From an uncultured Acidobacteriota bacterium (GTDB lineage: Bacteria; Acidobacteriota; UBA6911; RPQK01; JAPXNP01): a stretch of 64,000 bases of DNA. The stretch is taken from NCBI GenBank assembly GCA_963777605.1, contig CAVZRV010000028.1, forward strand, positions 96,001-160,000. Reading direction: 5' to 3'. Below, piece by piece: positions 30,436 through 40,663 of the stretch (the first letter of the stretch is position 1; each line of letters opens with the position of its first letter). The position numbers were made by a program, and so were the translations under genes. The notes below the pieces were generated by a model. It did not search any database, was not told where the DNA came from, and saw only the letters and a program-made list of their open reading frames with translations.

Positions 30436-31517
30436 TCGCCCGATGGCCGCTCTGGATCACTCAGGGGCTGCTCTTGGTCTCGCTCTCGATAACGGGTTCC
30501 TGCGCCCTGGGCCGGCACAAAGCCTGGCCGGATAAGACCTGGGACAGAGTCCCGGATCTCGCGTCCGCCGGATGGGATGTCGACAAACTGCGTGATCTAC
30601 GATTGTTTGCAGAGCACGAGGGCACGGCATCACTCCTCGTAGTCCAAGACGGCCGGATCGTTCTCTCATACGGCGACATCAAGCGCCCGCTGAAGGCCCA
30701 TTCGATCCGGAAGAGTCTGGTCAGTGCCCTCTACGGCACCTACCTGGGAAGGTTGAACTTGAACACCACCCTGGAGCAAGTCGGAATCGATGACTATGGC
30801 CGCCTGACACCCCAGGAGAAAAGTGCAACGGCTCGGGATCTGCTGATGGCTCGATCGGGTGTCTTTCTGCCCGGGGCCTATGAGAACCACGCCTTCGATC
30901 GGTTTCGCCCAAAGCGCGGCACCTACCCTCCAGGAGCCCGCTGGAGTTACCAGAACTGGGACTTCAATGTTGCCGGATTCATTCTCGAATTGATGACCGG
31001 CGACAACCTGTTTCGTTCCTTTCGAGACCGAATTGCCGCGCCGATCGGCATGCAGGACTACGACATCCAGGACATGCGCTGGCGGTACGACCCGCGAACG
31101 TGGCATCCCGCCTATCTTTTCCGCATCAGCACGAGAGACCTTGCTCGATTCGGCCTGCTCTTCCTGAGAGGTGGCCGCTGGAAAGACCATCAGATCATTC
31201 CCGCAACCTGGGTCTACGAGTCGACAAGATGGCACTCGCAGGTGCGCAAACCGGACGGAACCCTCCTCCCAGGTTCGGGCTACGGATACATGTGGTGGGT
31301 GGGAGACAGCACGCTTCCCCCGAAACTGTCAGATCAACTTTACGCTGCCGTCGGAACCGGGGAACAGTTTCTTGGGGTGCTCCCCAGACTGGGCATCGTC
31401 TTCGTACACCGAACCGACACGGATCTCCCGCCCGAAGAATTCAACACAGTCGATCACTCAGACATTATGACGATGTTGAAGATGGTTGCTGAGGCGTACG
31501 ATCCTGAACGCGAATAG
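30432..31517 (+). CDS. Serine hydrolase, beta-lactamase-related
   Basis: SIRK (SxxK), WSYQN, DLARFG and GYGYMWW. Confidence 0.85.
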   Translation: MIARWPLWITQGLLLVSLSITGSCALGRHKAWPDKTWDRVPDLASAGWDVDKLRDLRLFAEHEGTASLLVVQDGRIVLSYGDIKRPLKAHSIRKSLVSALYGTYLGRLNLNTTLEQVGIDDYGRLTPQEKSATARDLLMARSGVFLPGAYENHAFDRFRPKRGTYPPGARWSYQNWDFNVAGFILELMTGDNLFRSFRDRIAAPIGMQDYDIQDMRWRYDPRTWHPAYLFRISTRDLARFGLLFLRGGRWKDHQIIPATWVYESTRWHSQVRKPDGTLLPGSGYGYMWWVGDSTLPPKLSDQLYAAVGTGEQFLGVLPRLGIVFVHRTDTDLPPEEFNTVDHSDIMTMLKMVAEAYDPERE

Positions 31518-31847
31518 GTAGACACTCAGAAATGATTGGGTCGTGCAGGCTATGGAAAAACGAATTCCAATTCTTGAGATCTACGCACTCGTGATGACTT
31601 TGGTGGTGTAACGAGGAATCCTCAATCAAGCCATCCTCATTCCGCCCGTCTCGACTGGGTGCCCTCTGAGGCATCAAGAGGGTTGCTCATCCTTGGCGTC
31701 CTCTATATGATCCATGCAAGAATTGGCCGTGGATTCGCGGAATCAGGACTGGCATCCTGGCTGCGCGGCGAATCTGAAGAATCACACGTCTAAAGACCTT
31801 CTACCAGCGACTGGATCGGCCGTTGCTGCAGTCCAGGGAGAACCAGA

Positions 31848-32657
31848 ATGGAAAACGTCATCCAAAACCTCAATCAATGGGTCGTCACGTATGGACTGAA
31901 TGTGGTCGGCGCGATCCTCATCCTCATTATCGGCCGTGTCGTTGCGGGTATCTTGCGCAATGTTACGCTCCGAGGACTGAGGAAGGGCAATGTCGATGAA
32001 ACGCTGGCCCTCTTCTTCTCACGGCTGGTGTTTATCGCCGTCGTTGTCTTTGCGGTGTTGGCCGCCCTGTCCAAGTTCGGAGTGGAAACGGCATCGTTTG
32101 TCGTGGTTCTCGGCGCCGTCGGGTTCGCGTTTGGATTCGCCCTGCAGGGATCTCTCTCGAATTTTGCCGCCGGTGTAATGCTCCTGGTTTTCCGCCCCTT
32201 CAGGATCGGCGAATACGTTGAGGTCGCCGGAGTGGCGGGCTCGGTCAAGGAAATCGATTTGTTCACGACCACCCTGGCTACGCCCGACAACGTGAAGATC
32301 ATCGTCGGCAACGGCGCCATTTTCGGCAGCACCATCAAGAACTACTCCGCTTACCCTACGCGCCGTTGTGATCTCGCAATCGGAATCGGTTACACCTCGA
32401 GCATCGAGAAGGCGGTCTCGGTCATGGACCGGCTCATCCAGGCTGACAGCCGAGTGCTCAAAGAACCGGCACACCAGTTGGCCGTATCGGAACTCGCTGA
32501 TTCCAGCGTCAATTTTGTCGTTCGAATGTGGTGTGCAAAGGAAGACTACTGGGCTCTCAAGTTTGACATGACAAGAGCCATCAAAGAGGCCTTCGACAGA
32601 GAAGGGATCGAAATACCGTTCCCGCAACGGACCGTGCACATCGTCAAGAACCCTTGA
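31848..32657 (+). CDS. mscS: Small-conductance mechanosensitive channel
   Basis: GFALQGSLSNFAAGV, FRPFRIGEYV and GIEIPFPQRTVH. Confidence 0.9.
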   Translation: MENVIQNLNQWVVTYGLNVVGAILILIIGRVVAGILRNVTLRGLRKGNVDETLALFFSRLVFIAVVVFAVLAALSKFGVETASFVVVLGAVGFAFGFALQGSLSNFAAGVMLLVFRPFRIGEYVEVAGVAGSVKEIDLFTTTLATPDNVKIIVGNGAIFGSTIKNYSAYPTRRCDLAIGIGYTSSIEKAVSVMDRLIQADSRVLKEPAHQLAVSELADSSVNFVVRMWCAKEDYWALKFDMTRAIKEAFDREGIEIPFPQRTVHIVKNP

Positions 32658-32716
32658 CCGGCAAAAAGCCCGGCATCCTGATGTGGGCTTGCCACACTCC
32701 GGCCTGAGCCTCCCGG

Positions 32717-33091
32717 TCAGTCTTTAGCCTTATGAGAAGATTCGATCATAACCAGGCCGGAATCCGCCTGTTTTGGCAGGTTGACCAGATTCCCGAGGTT
32801 GAAAGCGTCCTTGATTTTTCCCTTCACCGCCACGCGGGCTCCCTCTCGCGGAACCCCTTCCCGGGAGACGATCCAGAGCCTTCCCGTGCCGTCGTCGACC
32901 TGGTAGGCGCCTCTTCCGAGGACCGAATAACTGTCCGTCACCCTTCCCTCGATTCGGACATCTTTGTTCGCATAACGGCTCGGGTCAGCCAGGATGTGAT
33001 TGATCGATCGAGTGGCACACCCGGAAAGTAACACGGCCGCAAACGTCATCAATGTCAGAGTCCCCGCCAACGACTTCAGCTTCAGCTTCAT
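32717..33091 (-). CDS. OB-fold lipoprotein
   Basis: Lipobox LSGC; YQVDDGTGRLWIV. Confidence 0.7.
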   Translation of the reverse strand: MKLKLKSLAGTLTLMTFAAVLLSGCATRSINHILADPSRYANKDVRIEGRVTDSYSVLGRGAYQVDDGTGRLWIVSREGVPREGARVAVKGKIKDAFNLGNLVNLPKQADSGLVMIESSHKAKD

Positions 33092-33262
33092 CTCGACCCT
33101 CCTGCCAAGTTGGAAACCGCCCTTCTGAGCAGAATACGCCACCCCCTTTCGAGGATCAAACGTTCATTTTTAACGAGTTGGGAAAACCTGGGGGAACTGG
33201 GTTTTCGAGGGATCAGTTCAATCCCGGTGAGAGCTACTCGCACTCCAAGAGGATGGCGCCGC

Positions 33263-33306
33263 ACGCAGAGCCGGGGGTAAGGCGAAGCCGCGGCGCCCCC
33301 GGGTAC
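33263..33306 (+). repeat. Solo copy of the array hairpin
   Basis: ACGCAGAGCCGGGGGTAAGGCGAAGCCGC...CCCCCGGGTAC matches arrays A and B; intergenic. Confidence 0.85.
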
Positions 33307-33431
33307 TTCGGACTCAGGAATTCCCAGAACTTGAAGTCCTGGGTTAGAGTCGAACTGCCCGGGGGCTGTGACCATCCGGGTCAAAGAGAAGGGCCGGGTG
33401 CTGCTTCCCGCTTCCCGATTTGCAGCAAGTT

Positions 33432-35051
33432 TCACTCTCGGAATGGTCTCCGCTGGGCGGAAGGGCCGGGTTGACCTGGAACTCCTATCGGTAGTTGCCG
33501 GTGGAGTTTGAAATTGCCACCGACCTGGCCCCTGAAAGGCGGTTTCAGTCTGAATAACTTTTCCCTGCTGTTTTCCTCGGCCTTACCTCCTGTGACGCTT
33601 GAAGGGTGGGCCTGGTTGAGCAGGGACTTCATCTCACCGACGACCTCCGCGTATTCCGGATCGGCTGCCAGATTGTGGAGTTCATGGGGATCGGACCGAT
33701 GATCGTAAAGCTCGGCACCCTTGTCCCCAAAATCCCACTCGGTATAGCGCCACCGGTCGGTTCGAACGCTGTGCCCCGGGGCATCCTGGCGCTGGACCTG
33801 TGTGTAGGCCGGGTACGGCCAGTCCGCCTGGGGGTTATCAACCAGCGGACGAAGACTGTGGCCTTCCAGGTAACCCGGCGCTTCCAGGCCTGCCAGGTCG
33901 GCAACAGTCGCGTAGAGATCGACCAGTTCAACCGGCCGGGAGGTAGCCTCTCCGGCCCTAGGCTGTCCCGGCACGGAGATCAGGAGCGGCACCCGTGCGG
34001 ACTCCTCAAAGCAGCTCTGCTTGAACCAGAGGCCGTGTTCTCCCAGGTGGTAGCCATGGTCACTCCAGAACACGATGATGGTGTTCTGCCGCAATCCGAG
34101 CCGTTCCACCGCATCCAGAACCTTACCGATCTGCGCGTCAACAAAGGAGATTGCGGCGTAATAGGCGCGCTTCGATTCCCGCGCCTGGTCGGGTGTGACG
34201 CCGAAGTAGGGCCACGGCCGCGTCGATGCGAGGGCGAGTTCAGGGTAGTCATTCGGCGTCTCGGGAGTGATTTCCGGCAATTCAATCTCATTCATGGGGT
34301 AGAGATCGAAGTACTTCCTGGGCGTCACCCACGGGCAGTGTGGTTTGTAAAAGCCGGCCGCGATGAAGAAGGGTTCATCCTTGTGTTGCTCGAGAAGCTC
34401 AATCGTCTGAGCCGCCACCTTGCCGTCGGTGTGCTGCCCGTCCGTGCCTGTCGGGTCGGCCAGGAAGGCCAGCGCCGAACCGAGTCCCCGACTGGGAGTG
34501 TAATTCATGATGTCCGGCTCGAGCGCCGTCTTGTCCCGCCCCGCCGGGTTGAACCGCTCCATCCATGAAGCCCGGTCATCCAGACCATTCGTGCCGATAT
34601 CACCGGGGTTCCCGTAGTGATAGATCTTGCCGACCCTCGCGACGTAGTATCCGTTTTGCTGGAACAGCTGCGGCATGGTGACGACGTCCGGGAGGTCCTG
34701 CCTGAAGTGATAGTGCAGATCGAATACCCGGGTCGTGTCAGGCCGCAGCCCAGTCATCACCGAAGACCGGCTGGGGCTGCAGAGCGGAAACTGACAGTAG
34801 GCGTTCTCAAACCGCATCCCACTGGCGGCAAGCCGATCCAGGCTCGGCGACTTGACGAAGGGATGGTCGTAGCAGCCGAGATCGTTGTTCATGTCATCGA
34901 CGGCAATGAACAGAACGTTGGGTCTGGACGGTGCCGTACAGGAAGCTCCAAGTGCAAGCAAACCGATGATAACCACGAACATTCCGACCGGCGTCTTCAG
35001 CATGTGTCCCCTTTGTCTGATCTCACTTGGGCTGTGGCTGAACATCTTCAT
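33432..35051 (-). CDS. Sulfatase (iduronate-2-sulfatase-like)
   Basis: NVLFIAVDD, CSPSR, GKIYH, KPHCP and SDHGYHLGE. Confidence 0.9.
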   Translation of the reverse strand: MKMFSHSPSEIRQRGHMLKTPVGMFVVIIGLLALGASCTAPSRPNVLFIAVDDMNNDLGCYDHPFVKSPSLDRLAASGMRFENAYCQFPLCSPSRSSVMTGLRPDTTRVFDLHYHFRQDLPDVVTMPQLFQQNGYYVARVGKIYHYGNPGDIGTNGLDDRASWMERFNPAGRDKTALEPDIMNYTPSRGLGSALAFLADPTGTDGQHTDGKVAAQTIELLEQHKDEPFFIAAGFYKPHCPWVTPRKYFDLYPMNEIELPEITPETPNDYPELALASTRPWPYFGVTPDQARESKRAYYAAISFVDAQIGKVLDAVERLGLRQNTIIVFWSDHGYHLGEHGLWFKQSCFEESARVPLLISVPGQPRAGEATSRPVELVDLYATVADLAGLEAPGYLEGHSLRPLVDNPQADWPYPAYTQVQRQDAPGHSVRTDRWRYTEWDFGDKGAELYDHRSDPHELHNLAADPEYAEVVGEMKSLLNQAHPSSVTGGKAEENSREKLFRLKPPFRGQVGGNFKLHRQLPIGVPGQPGPSAQRRPFRE

Positions 35052-35301
35052 AGATGCCCACGAATCGACCCTGACACCGAGGATTTATCAGATTTCTACA
35101 CTACCAGATTCGACTGTCCTGACGAATCGAACCGGCTTCGTTCTCGGAAATCCGCTGTCAAACGGAATCCGGAGAAGCCCGCCTTGAGTACGCAAGCACC
35201 GGTTTCGGGTGCTGCGATGCGTGGGGAATTCCCACCAGCCAAGAACGGGCTCTCCGAATTCACGATCCGGTGCACTCCTGTTCCTACCAGACCGAAATAG
35301 G

Positions 35302-37440
35302 TTAGAAATCCGCGAGGGACGAATCATCTGGAAGCGACGGGAGGTTGAATTCAGGCGGCTTGGTGCCGCGCTTGCTCTTGCCGTTGGGACGAGCCTGCTG
35401 GTGGCGCGCCTCGAACGGACGGCCTGCCGGGGCAGCGGGTTTGGAGGCCTTGGCAGCGGGTTTCACGTATTCGTGGGGGGATGCGCTGCCGTTGGCGCGG
35501 TCGAGCCGGAAGCTGCCGACCAGTTCCTGCATTTGCTGGGCCTGGCTGGCGAGTTCTTCGGCTGCGCTGGCCGATTCTTCGGCGTTGGCGGCCGACTGTT
35601 GGGTGATCTGATTCATCTGTTCGATGGCGGTGTTGACTTCCTTGATTCCGCCGCTCTGCTGTTCGGATGCAACGGTGACCTCGTTCATTGCCGCTTCAAC
35701 CGATTCGATCTTGCGGGCGATCTCCTCCAACTGCGCCAGCACCTGCGTGTTGCGCTGGAAACCGTCTTCGGCGTTGCGAACGGCCTCTTCGATCAGCGCA
35801 GACGTGTTCTTGGCCGCTTCCGCGCTTCGAATGGCGAGGTTTCGGACTTCCTCGGCCACCACCGCAAAGCCCTTCCCGGCTTCCCCGGCCCGGGCCGCTT
35901 CGACGGCGGCGTTCAGTGCCAGGAGGTTGGTCTGGAAGGCGATCTCGTCGATCGTCTTCACGATCTTCGCGGTTTGGTCCGAAGAGGTCTTGATCTTTTC
36001 CATGGACTGGCTGAGCAGACCCATGTTCTTCACGCCGTCGGCCGAACTGGTACGGGCTTCCTGTACGAAGGACTGGGCTTCGCGGGCGCTCGCCGAGTTG
36101 GCATCGGCCATGCCGGCCACTTCCTGCAGGCTGGCGGCGACTTCTTCCAAAGTACTGGCCTGTTCAGACGCCCCCTGGGCCAGTGACTGGCTTCCCGTCC
36201 CGATCTGCTCGGCGGCCGAGGACACCTGGGTCGCCCCGTTGGAAACACTGAGCATGCCGGAATGCAGATTCTCGATGGCCTTGTTGAGAGCGGATTTGAT
36301 CTTGGCGTGGTCTCCCGAGTACTGTCCCTGCACTCGAACTGAGAGATCCCGGTCCGCCACCTGTTCGAGGATCTGGGCCGCTTCGTTGATGGGATTCAAA
36401 ATCGAGTCCAGCATCAGGTTGATGCCTTCGACAATGGCCCGGTATCCGCCCTGGAAGGCGTCGGCCTTGCCGCGGGTGGAGAGCTGTCCATCGATCGACG
36501 CCTGGTTCAGGCGTCCCGCTTCGTCGACCAGCCCCTGAAGGGACGCCACGGTCTTGTTGATGGCCGGCGAAATTTCGTCTGCCGAGTCCTTGGCTGGCAC
36601 GGAAACCGTGAGATCCCCTTCAGCGATGCGCTGCATGGCTCCGACGACGTGAGTCTGGAGATCGTCAGAGAAGCTGTCCATGGCGTCGCTCATGACTCCG
36701 ATTTCGTCCTTGCGGCTCAGGTTGAGGCGACGTCCGAGGTGTCCATTGCCCAGTTCCTGGATCATTTCGACAACGTGCTGAAGCGGCTTGGCAATCGCCT
36801 GTGTCAGCAGGACCCCAAATCCAACCGCGGCACCAAGGGCCAGCGAAGAAATGATCAGGAGCAGGGAGTTCGCCTGGGCGGCGGCAGCGTCGCCCTCAGT
36901 GTCCAACTGCTCGGCGATCTTGGCGTTGAGGTCAATCAGTGCCCTTAGACTCTCGCGGGAGGACTGCTGGAGTTGACCTGGCCTCCCCATCAATGATCGA
37001 GATGGCTTCCTCGTTTTGATGCTTCAGGGCCAGTGCCACCGCCTGGGCGCGTTTCGGCACGTAATTCTTCCACGCGTCCTGGAACTTGGCGAGCAAGGCC
37101 TCTTCTTCCGGAACGAGAGAAGTCTTGGCGTATGCCTCCATGTAGGAGTCAATCCTGGCGCTCTCTTCCTCGATGACCTTTGCCGAAGCCTGCATTGCCG
37201 CCAAGTCGTCGCGCATGACGAGATTGAAGGTTTCCCCGCGTGGAAATCAGGAACGCGGCATTGGCGTATCCGAGGTCACGAATGGCCGACAGCCGGTCCA
37301 CATACATGGTGGTAGATCTCTCCGAGCCGGCAGTTACCTCGGACCAGCCGATGTAGGCGACTGCTACCGGTGGCCAGAACCACGACGGCAAAAGAGAACA
37401 AGAGTTTCTTGGCAATCTTCAGGTTGTAGAACCACTTCAT
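35302..37440 (-). CDS. Methyl-accepting chemotaxis protein (4HB sensor, HAMP, signalling domain); about 3 frameshifts in the 5' part
   Basis: [14 protein letters not shown] start at 37440; [34 protein letters not shown]. Confidence 0.85.
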
Positions 37441-37689
37441 TTGGGATCCTCCCTCCACTCTAAAGCCTGCATTTAAAATAAAATCCACGAGTTACTGTTA
37501 ACGGCTTAGCTTTCTATGGCTATCGACAGTGAGAAGGAAAAGCAGGATTGGAAATAGTGGGATGGTTCCTGTTGGAAAATTCCTACTTGAACCCGAACTC
37601 AAAACGGGAGTTCTTCGCTTGCGGGCGCAACATGCAGTTGGTACTGTCCCTCGATCTGACGCAGCCTTGAAGCCGGGATCTCGACCGGT

Positions 37690-38094
37690 TTGAACTCCGG
37701 GACATCCCCAGGCGAGACCTTCTCGCCGGCCAGAATCCGGGGAAGATCCCGGCGCACCAAGTCAACCGCTCCCACCGACAGGTTGCGGGTGTCGACAATG
37801 TCGGCCCCCTATTCGCGAATGCAGTTTCAGCTCAATCCGGACATCAAGAAAGAATTCGACCGGCTGACGGAGGACCTTTCCGCGCTTACGGATCGCGCGG
37901 TTGGAGACAAGATCTTCCGCCCGGTGGGCGGTCGCACCTTCGCCCTGATGCTCGAGGGCATCTCCCATTCCTTCTTCATGGTCTGGCTCCAGAATCCCGA
38001 CCCCGCAACAGTCGATCGTAAGGTTGAGGTAATTCTGGACCTCTTCTACGGCGGCGCCCTGGCTCAGTCCAGTGGCGGAATCCGCAGGACCTGA
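37690..38094 (+). pseudogene. Possible C-terminal remnant of a TetR-like regulator
   Basis: Helical C-terminal pattern (RAVGDKIFRPVGGRTFALML...VILDLFYGG) with no HTH upstream. Confidence 0.3.
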
Positions 38095-38525
38095 CCGGGG
38101 TAGATCTTGTCAGGATCCTTCAGCATCGGCTTGTTGGCTTCGAAGATCACCGGGTACTTCATTGCGCTCCCGTAATGCTGTTTGGCAATCTTCGAGAGCG
38201 TATCCCCGCGCACGACCGTGTAGAAGACCGCTGGTGGCTCGGGCGCCACGACCTCGAGACGATCGTCCACCTTCGCAATACCGTTGACATTGCCGACCAA
38301 CAGTACAACCTTCTCTTTCTCGCCCTGGCTTGGCACCGTGCCGAAGACGGTCGCGACATCATCGTTAACCTCGATCCGGAGGTTCTCCACCGAGAGTCCG
38401 AACGCTTTGACCTGAGAGACCAAAGCGTCGGCCTTCACGATTGCCTGCTCAGCCTTTTCCGCCTTGGTTTCGCCTATTCCGAACAGCTTCGCTCCAGCTT
38501 CTTTAACAAAATCAAACAGTCCCAT
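38064..38525 (-). CDS. lysM: BON+LysM protein (Kbp/YgaU-like)
   Basis: MGLFDFVKEAGAKLF; YTVVRGDTLSKIAK...IFEANKPMLKDPDKIYPGQVLRIP. Confidence 0.9.
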   Translation of the reverse strand: MGLFDFVKEAGAKLFGIGETKAEKAEQAIVKADALVSQVKAFGLSVENLRIEVNDDVATVFGTVPSQGEKEKVVLLVGNVNGIAKVDDRLEVVAPEPPAVFYTVVRGDTLSKIAKQHYGSAMKYPVIFEANKPMLKDPDKIYPGQVLRIPPLD

Positions 38526-38562
38526 TTGAATCTCCTCTCATCCTGATTCGTGCAAATACACT

Positions 38563-39150
38563 CTATTTATTGCTGAAGAACCCTCCGAGCAACTGGGACC
38601 CGATCCGCGCGATGTCGTCCGTCACGTCACCGTCTTGGTCCGAATCGAGCAGCGACAGAAGCCCTCCAAAAGGACTGGCCGCTGAACTCGACTTCGCTTC
38701 CTGCCGGAGCGTCGTGGAAAGGTCCCCGGCTGCGAGTCCCTGGCTCCGCTGTGCCTTTCCCAGTGCTCCCATGACGACGGGCGCCAGAAGCGACAGAAGC
38801 TTGGATATTGACTCACCTCCCAGGCCGGATGCCTGCTGGAGGCCCCTTTCCACACCCGGCCGGCGATTTCCAAGTACATGTTGCAGGATCCCGTCTCCGG
38901 CACCGGTACCCCCCTGGCCCAGGAATCCGGCCAGATCGTCAAGAATCGAGCCGTCATGATCCCTGTCAACGGCGTTCGAAAGGGCCGTCGCGCCTTGCGG
39001 TTCCGCACTGTTTCGCCCCAGCGCACCGAGCAATAGCGGGAGGGCAGCCGCGACTGCCTGCTGAGTCTGTTGCGGGCCGGTCCCCAACTGTCGCCCGATC
39101 TGATTCATCTCCCGGCTCCCCAGACTCTGCTGAATTAGGTCCAAAATCAT
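38563..39150 (-). CDS. DUF937 domain protein
   Basis: ALPLLLGAL, HDGSILDDL and LDSDQDGDVTDD. Confidence 0.85.
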   Translation of the reverse strand: MILDLIQQSLGSREMNQIGRQLGTGPQQTQQAVAAALPLLLGALGRNSAEPQGATALSNAVDRDHDGSILDDLAGFLGQGGTGAGDGILQHVLGNRRPGVERGLQQASGLGGESISKLLSLLAPVVMGALGKAQRSQGLAAGDLSTTLRQEAKSSSAASPFGGLLSLLDSDQDGDVTDDIARIGSQLLGGFFSNK

Positions 39151-39233
39151 CTCGTATTCCCTTCAAGCGGCAGTGTACAGGTTTCTGAGCGAAGAAGGAG
39201 CCCAACGAAACACCTGTCACACGCAAACGCGCC

Positions 39234-39497
39234 CTACTCCATCTCAATGTGAATCAATACCGGCTCCACGACTCCGTGAGCCTGCTTCCCGGCTGCAAGT
39301 TCGGGGGAGTTGAAGGCCGCCTTCATTCCCTCAATATCGTGAACATCCACGCTCACTGCGACCTTGTTGCCGCCGTCGGCCCCGAGATAGTCGATTACAT
39401 TCGATCCCCAGGGCGCAAACGCAGCAACCCGTTCGGAATGCTTGCTCGCCCAGAGGGCACGATCGCGAACCTGGTGTGTGAAGATGACTCGTGGCAT
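39234..39497 (-). CDS. Small hypothetical protein (dimeric alpha/beta barrel-like)
   Basis: AGGAG RBS; IFTHQVRDRALW...AHGVVEP. Confidence 0.65.
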   Translation of the reverse strand: MPRVIFTHQVRDRALWASKHSERVAAFAPWGSNVIDYLGADGGNKVAVSVDVHDIEGMKAAFNSPELAAGKQAHGVVEPVLIHIEME

Positions 39498-39940
39498 GGT
39501 TTCTCCTTTTCAAAGTTCTTGGGCTTTTCAACCGTCAAAGCACTCTGGCGGGCACGGAATACGGCGCCGTCCCTGTACTTGTTGCCGTCGTGGACCAGGA
39601 TTTTACACGCCACGACAGCTTATTTATTTGGATTGTAAATCCATTCTACTCATAGTTCCATGTGCTAATGGACCAATCCCTGAAGTGAGGCTCGAAGAGA
39701 CGGATCACCAATTCAGGACTCCGCTCCCTGTACAATGACAGTTCTGTCGATATTGGAGGCATGCCTTGATTCAGCCATTTCTCGATTCCTCTCCCCGGAT
39801 CGATCCGACATGTTTCATTGCCCCATCCGCGGTGATAATCGGGGACGGGCAGAAGGCAGGAGCAGGCGATCGGGCTTGAGGAGACAGCAGTTGTCTGTGA
39901 GAATCAAACTAACGCAACGCGATCGTCTGGAGCCTTTGCT

Positions 39941-40663
39941 ATGAGAGTCTCGCTTCTATTTGTTTTCACTATTATTACAGCACTGTGCACGAGTCCCTGC
40001 CCGGCCCAGGAGGAACGCGACGTTCCTCTGCTGATTGTGACAGGAGACGCCACCGTCAGTTCGGCGCCCGATCAGGCCCTCGTTCGTCTGGGGGTGGTCC
40101 GGCAGAGCGGAACGGCCGACGAGGCCCAAAAGCAAGTCAGTTCGGCAGTGCGGAAAATCCTGGAGAGCCTCCGCGAGTTGGACATTGACTCGAGAGATCT
40201 TCAGACGTCTCAGCTTACCCTGTTTCCGGTCTACTCGGATCGCCGGCCCGAGCCGAATCGCCCTTCCGAACCGACGATCGTGGGATATCGAGCCAGCAAC
40301 ATCGTTTCCGCCACCGTGAACAGATTGCAGGGAATCGGAGTTGTGATTGATTCGGCGCTGACCGCAGGGGCAAACCGAATCGAGGGGATCAATTTCCGAC
40401 TGAAGAACGACACCGCGGCCCGGGACGAAGCATTGACGGCGGCGGTGGCCGAGGCCCGCCGAAAGGCCGAGGTTATGGCTGCAGCAGCAGGAGTCGAGAT
40501 CGTCGGCATCCTGGAAATCGCAGAGCAGAACGTTTCGGTGCGTCCATTCTCCGCCCGGCCTGAGGCCATGATGGCCAGGGCCGCCGTGGAGACTCCCGTC
40601 GAGCCGGGCGAGGTCGATGTAACCGCCACAGTGACAATTCGTTATCGAATTTCCGGGAACTGA
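39941..40663 (+). CDS. SIMPL (DUF541) domain protein
   Basis: Signal peptide; VTGDATVSSAPDQA, GANRIEGINF and VEPGEVDVTATV. Confidence 0.9.
   Translation: MRVSLLFVFTIITALCTSPCPAQEERDVPLLIVTGDATVSSAPDQALVRLGVVRQSGTADEAQKQVSSAVRKILESLRELDIDSRDLQTSQLTLFPVYSDRRPEPNRPSEPTIVGYRASNIVSATVNRLQGIGVVIDSALTAGANRIEGINFRLKNDTAARDEALTAAVAEARRKAEVMAAAAGVEIVGILEIAEQNVSVRPFSARPEAMMARAAVETPVEPGEVDVTATVTIRYRISGN

Noticed and set aside
37441-37620. c-di-GMP riboswitch or sigma28 promoter upstream of the MCP
   Set aside because: No GEMM consensus is visible, and the sigma28-like -10 candidates lack a properly spaced -35.
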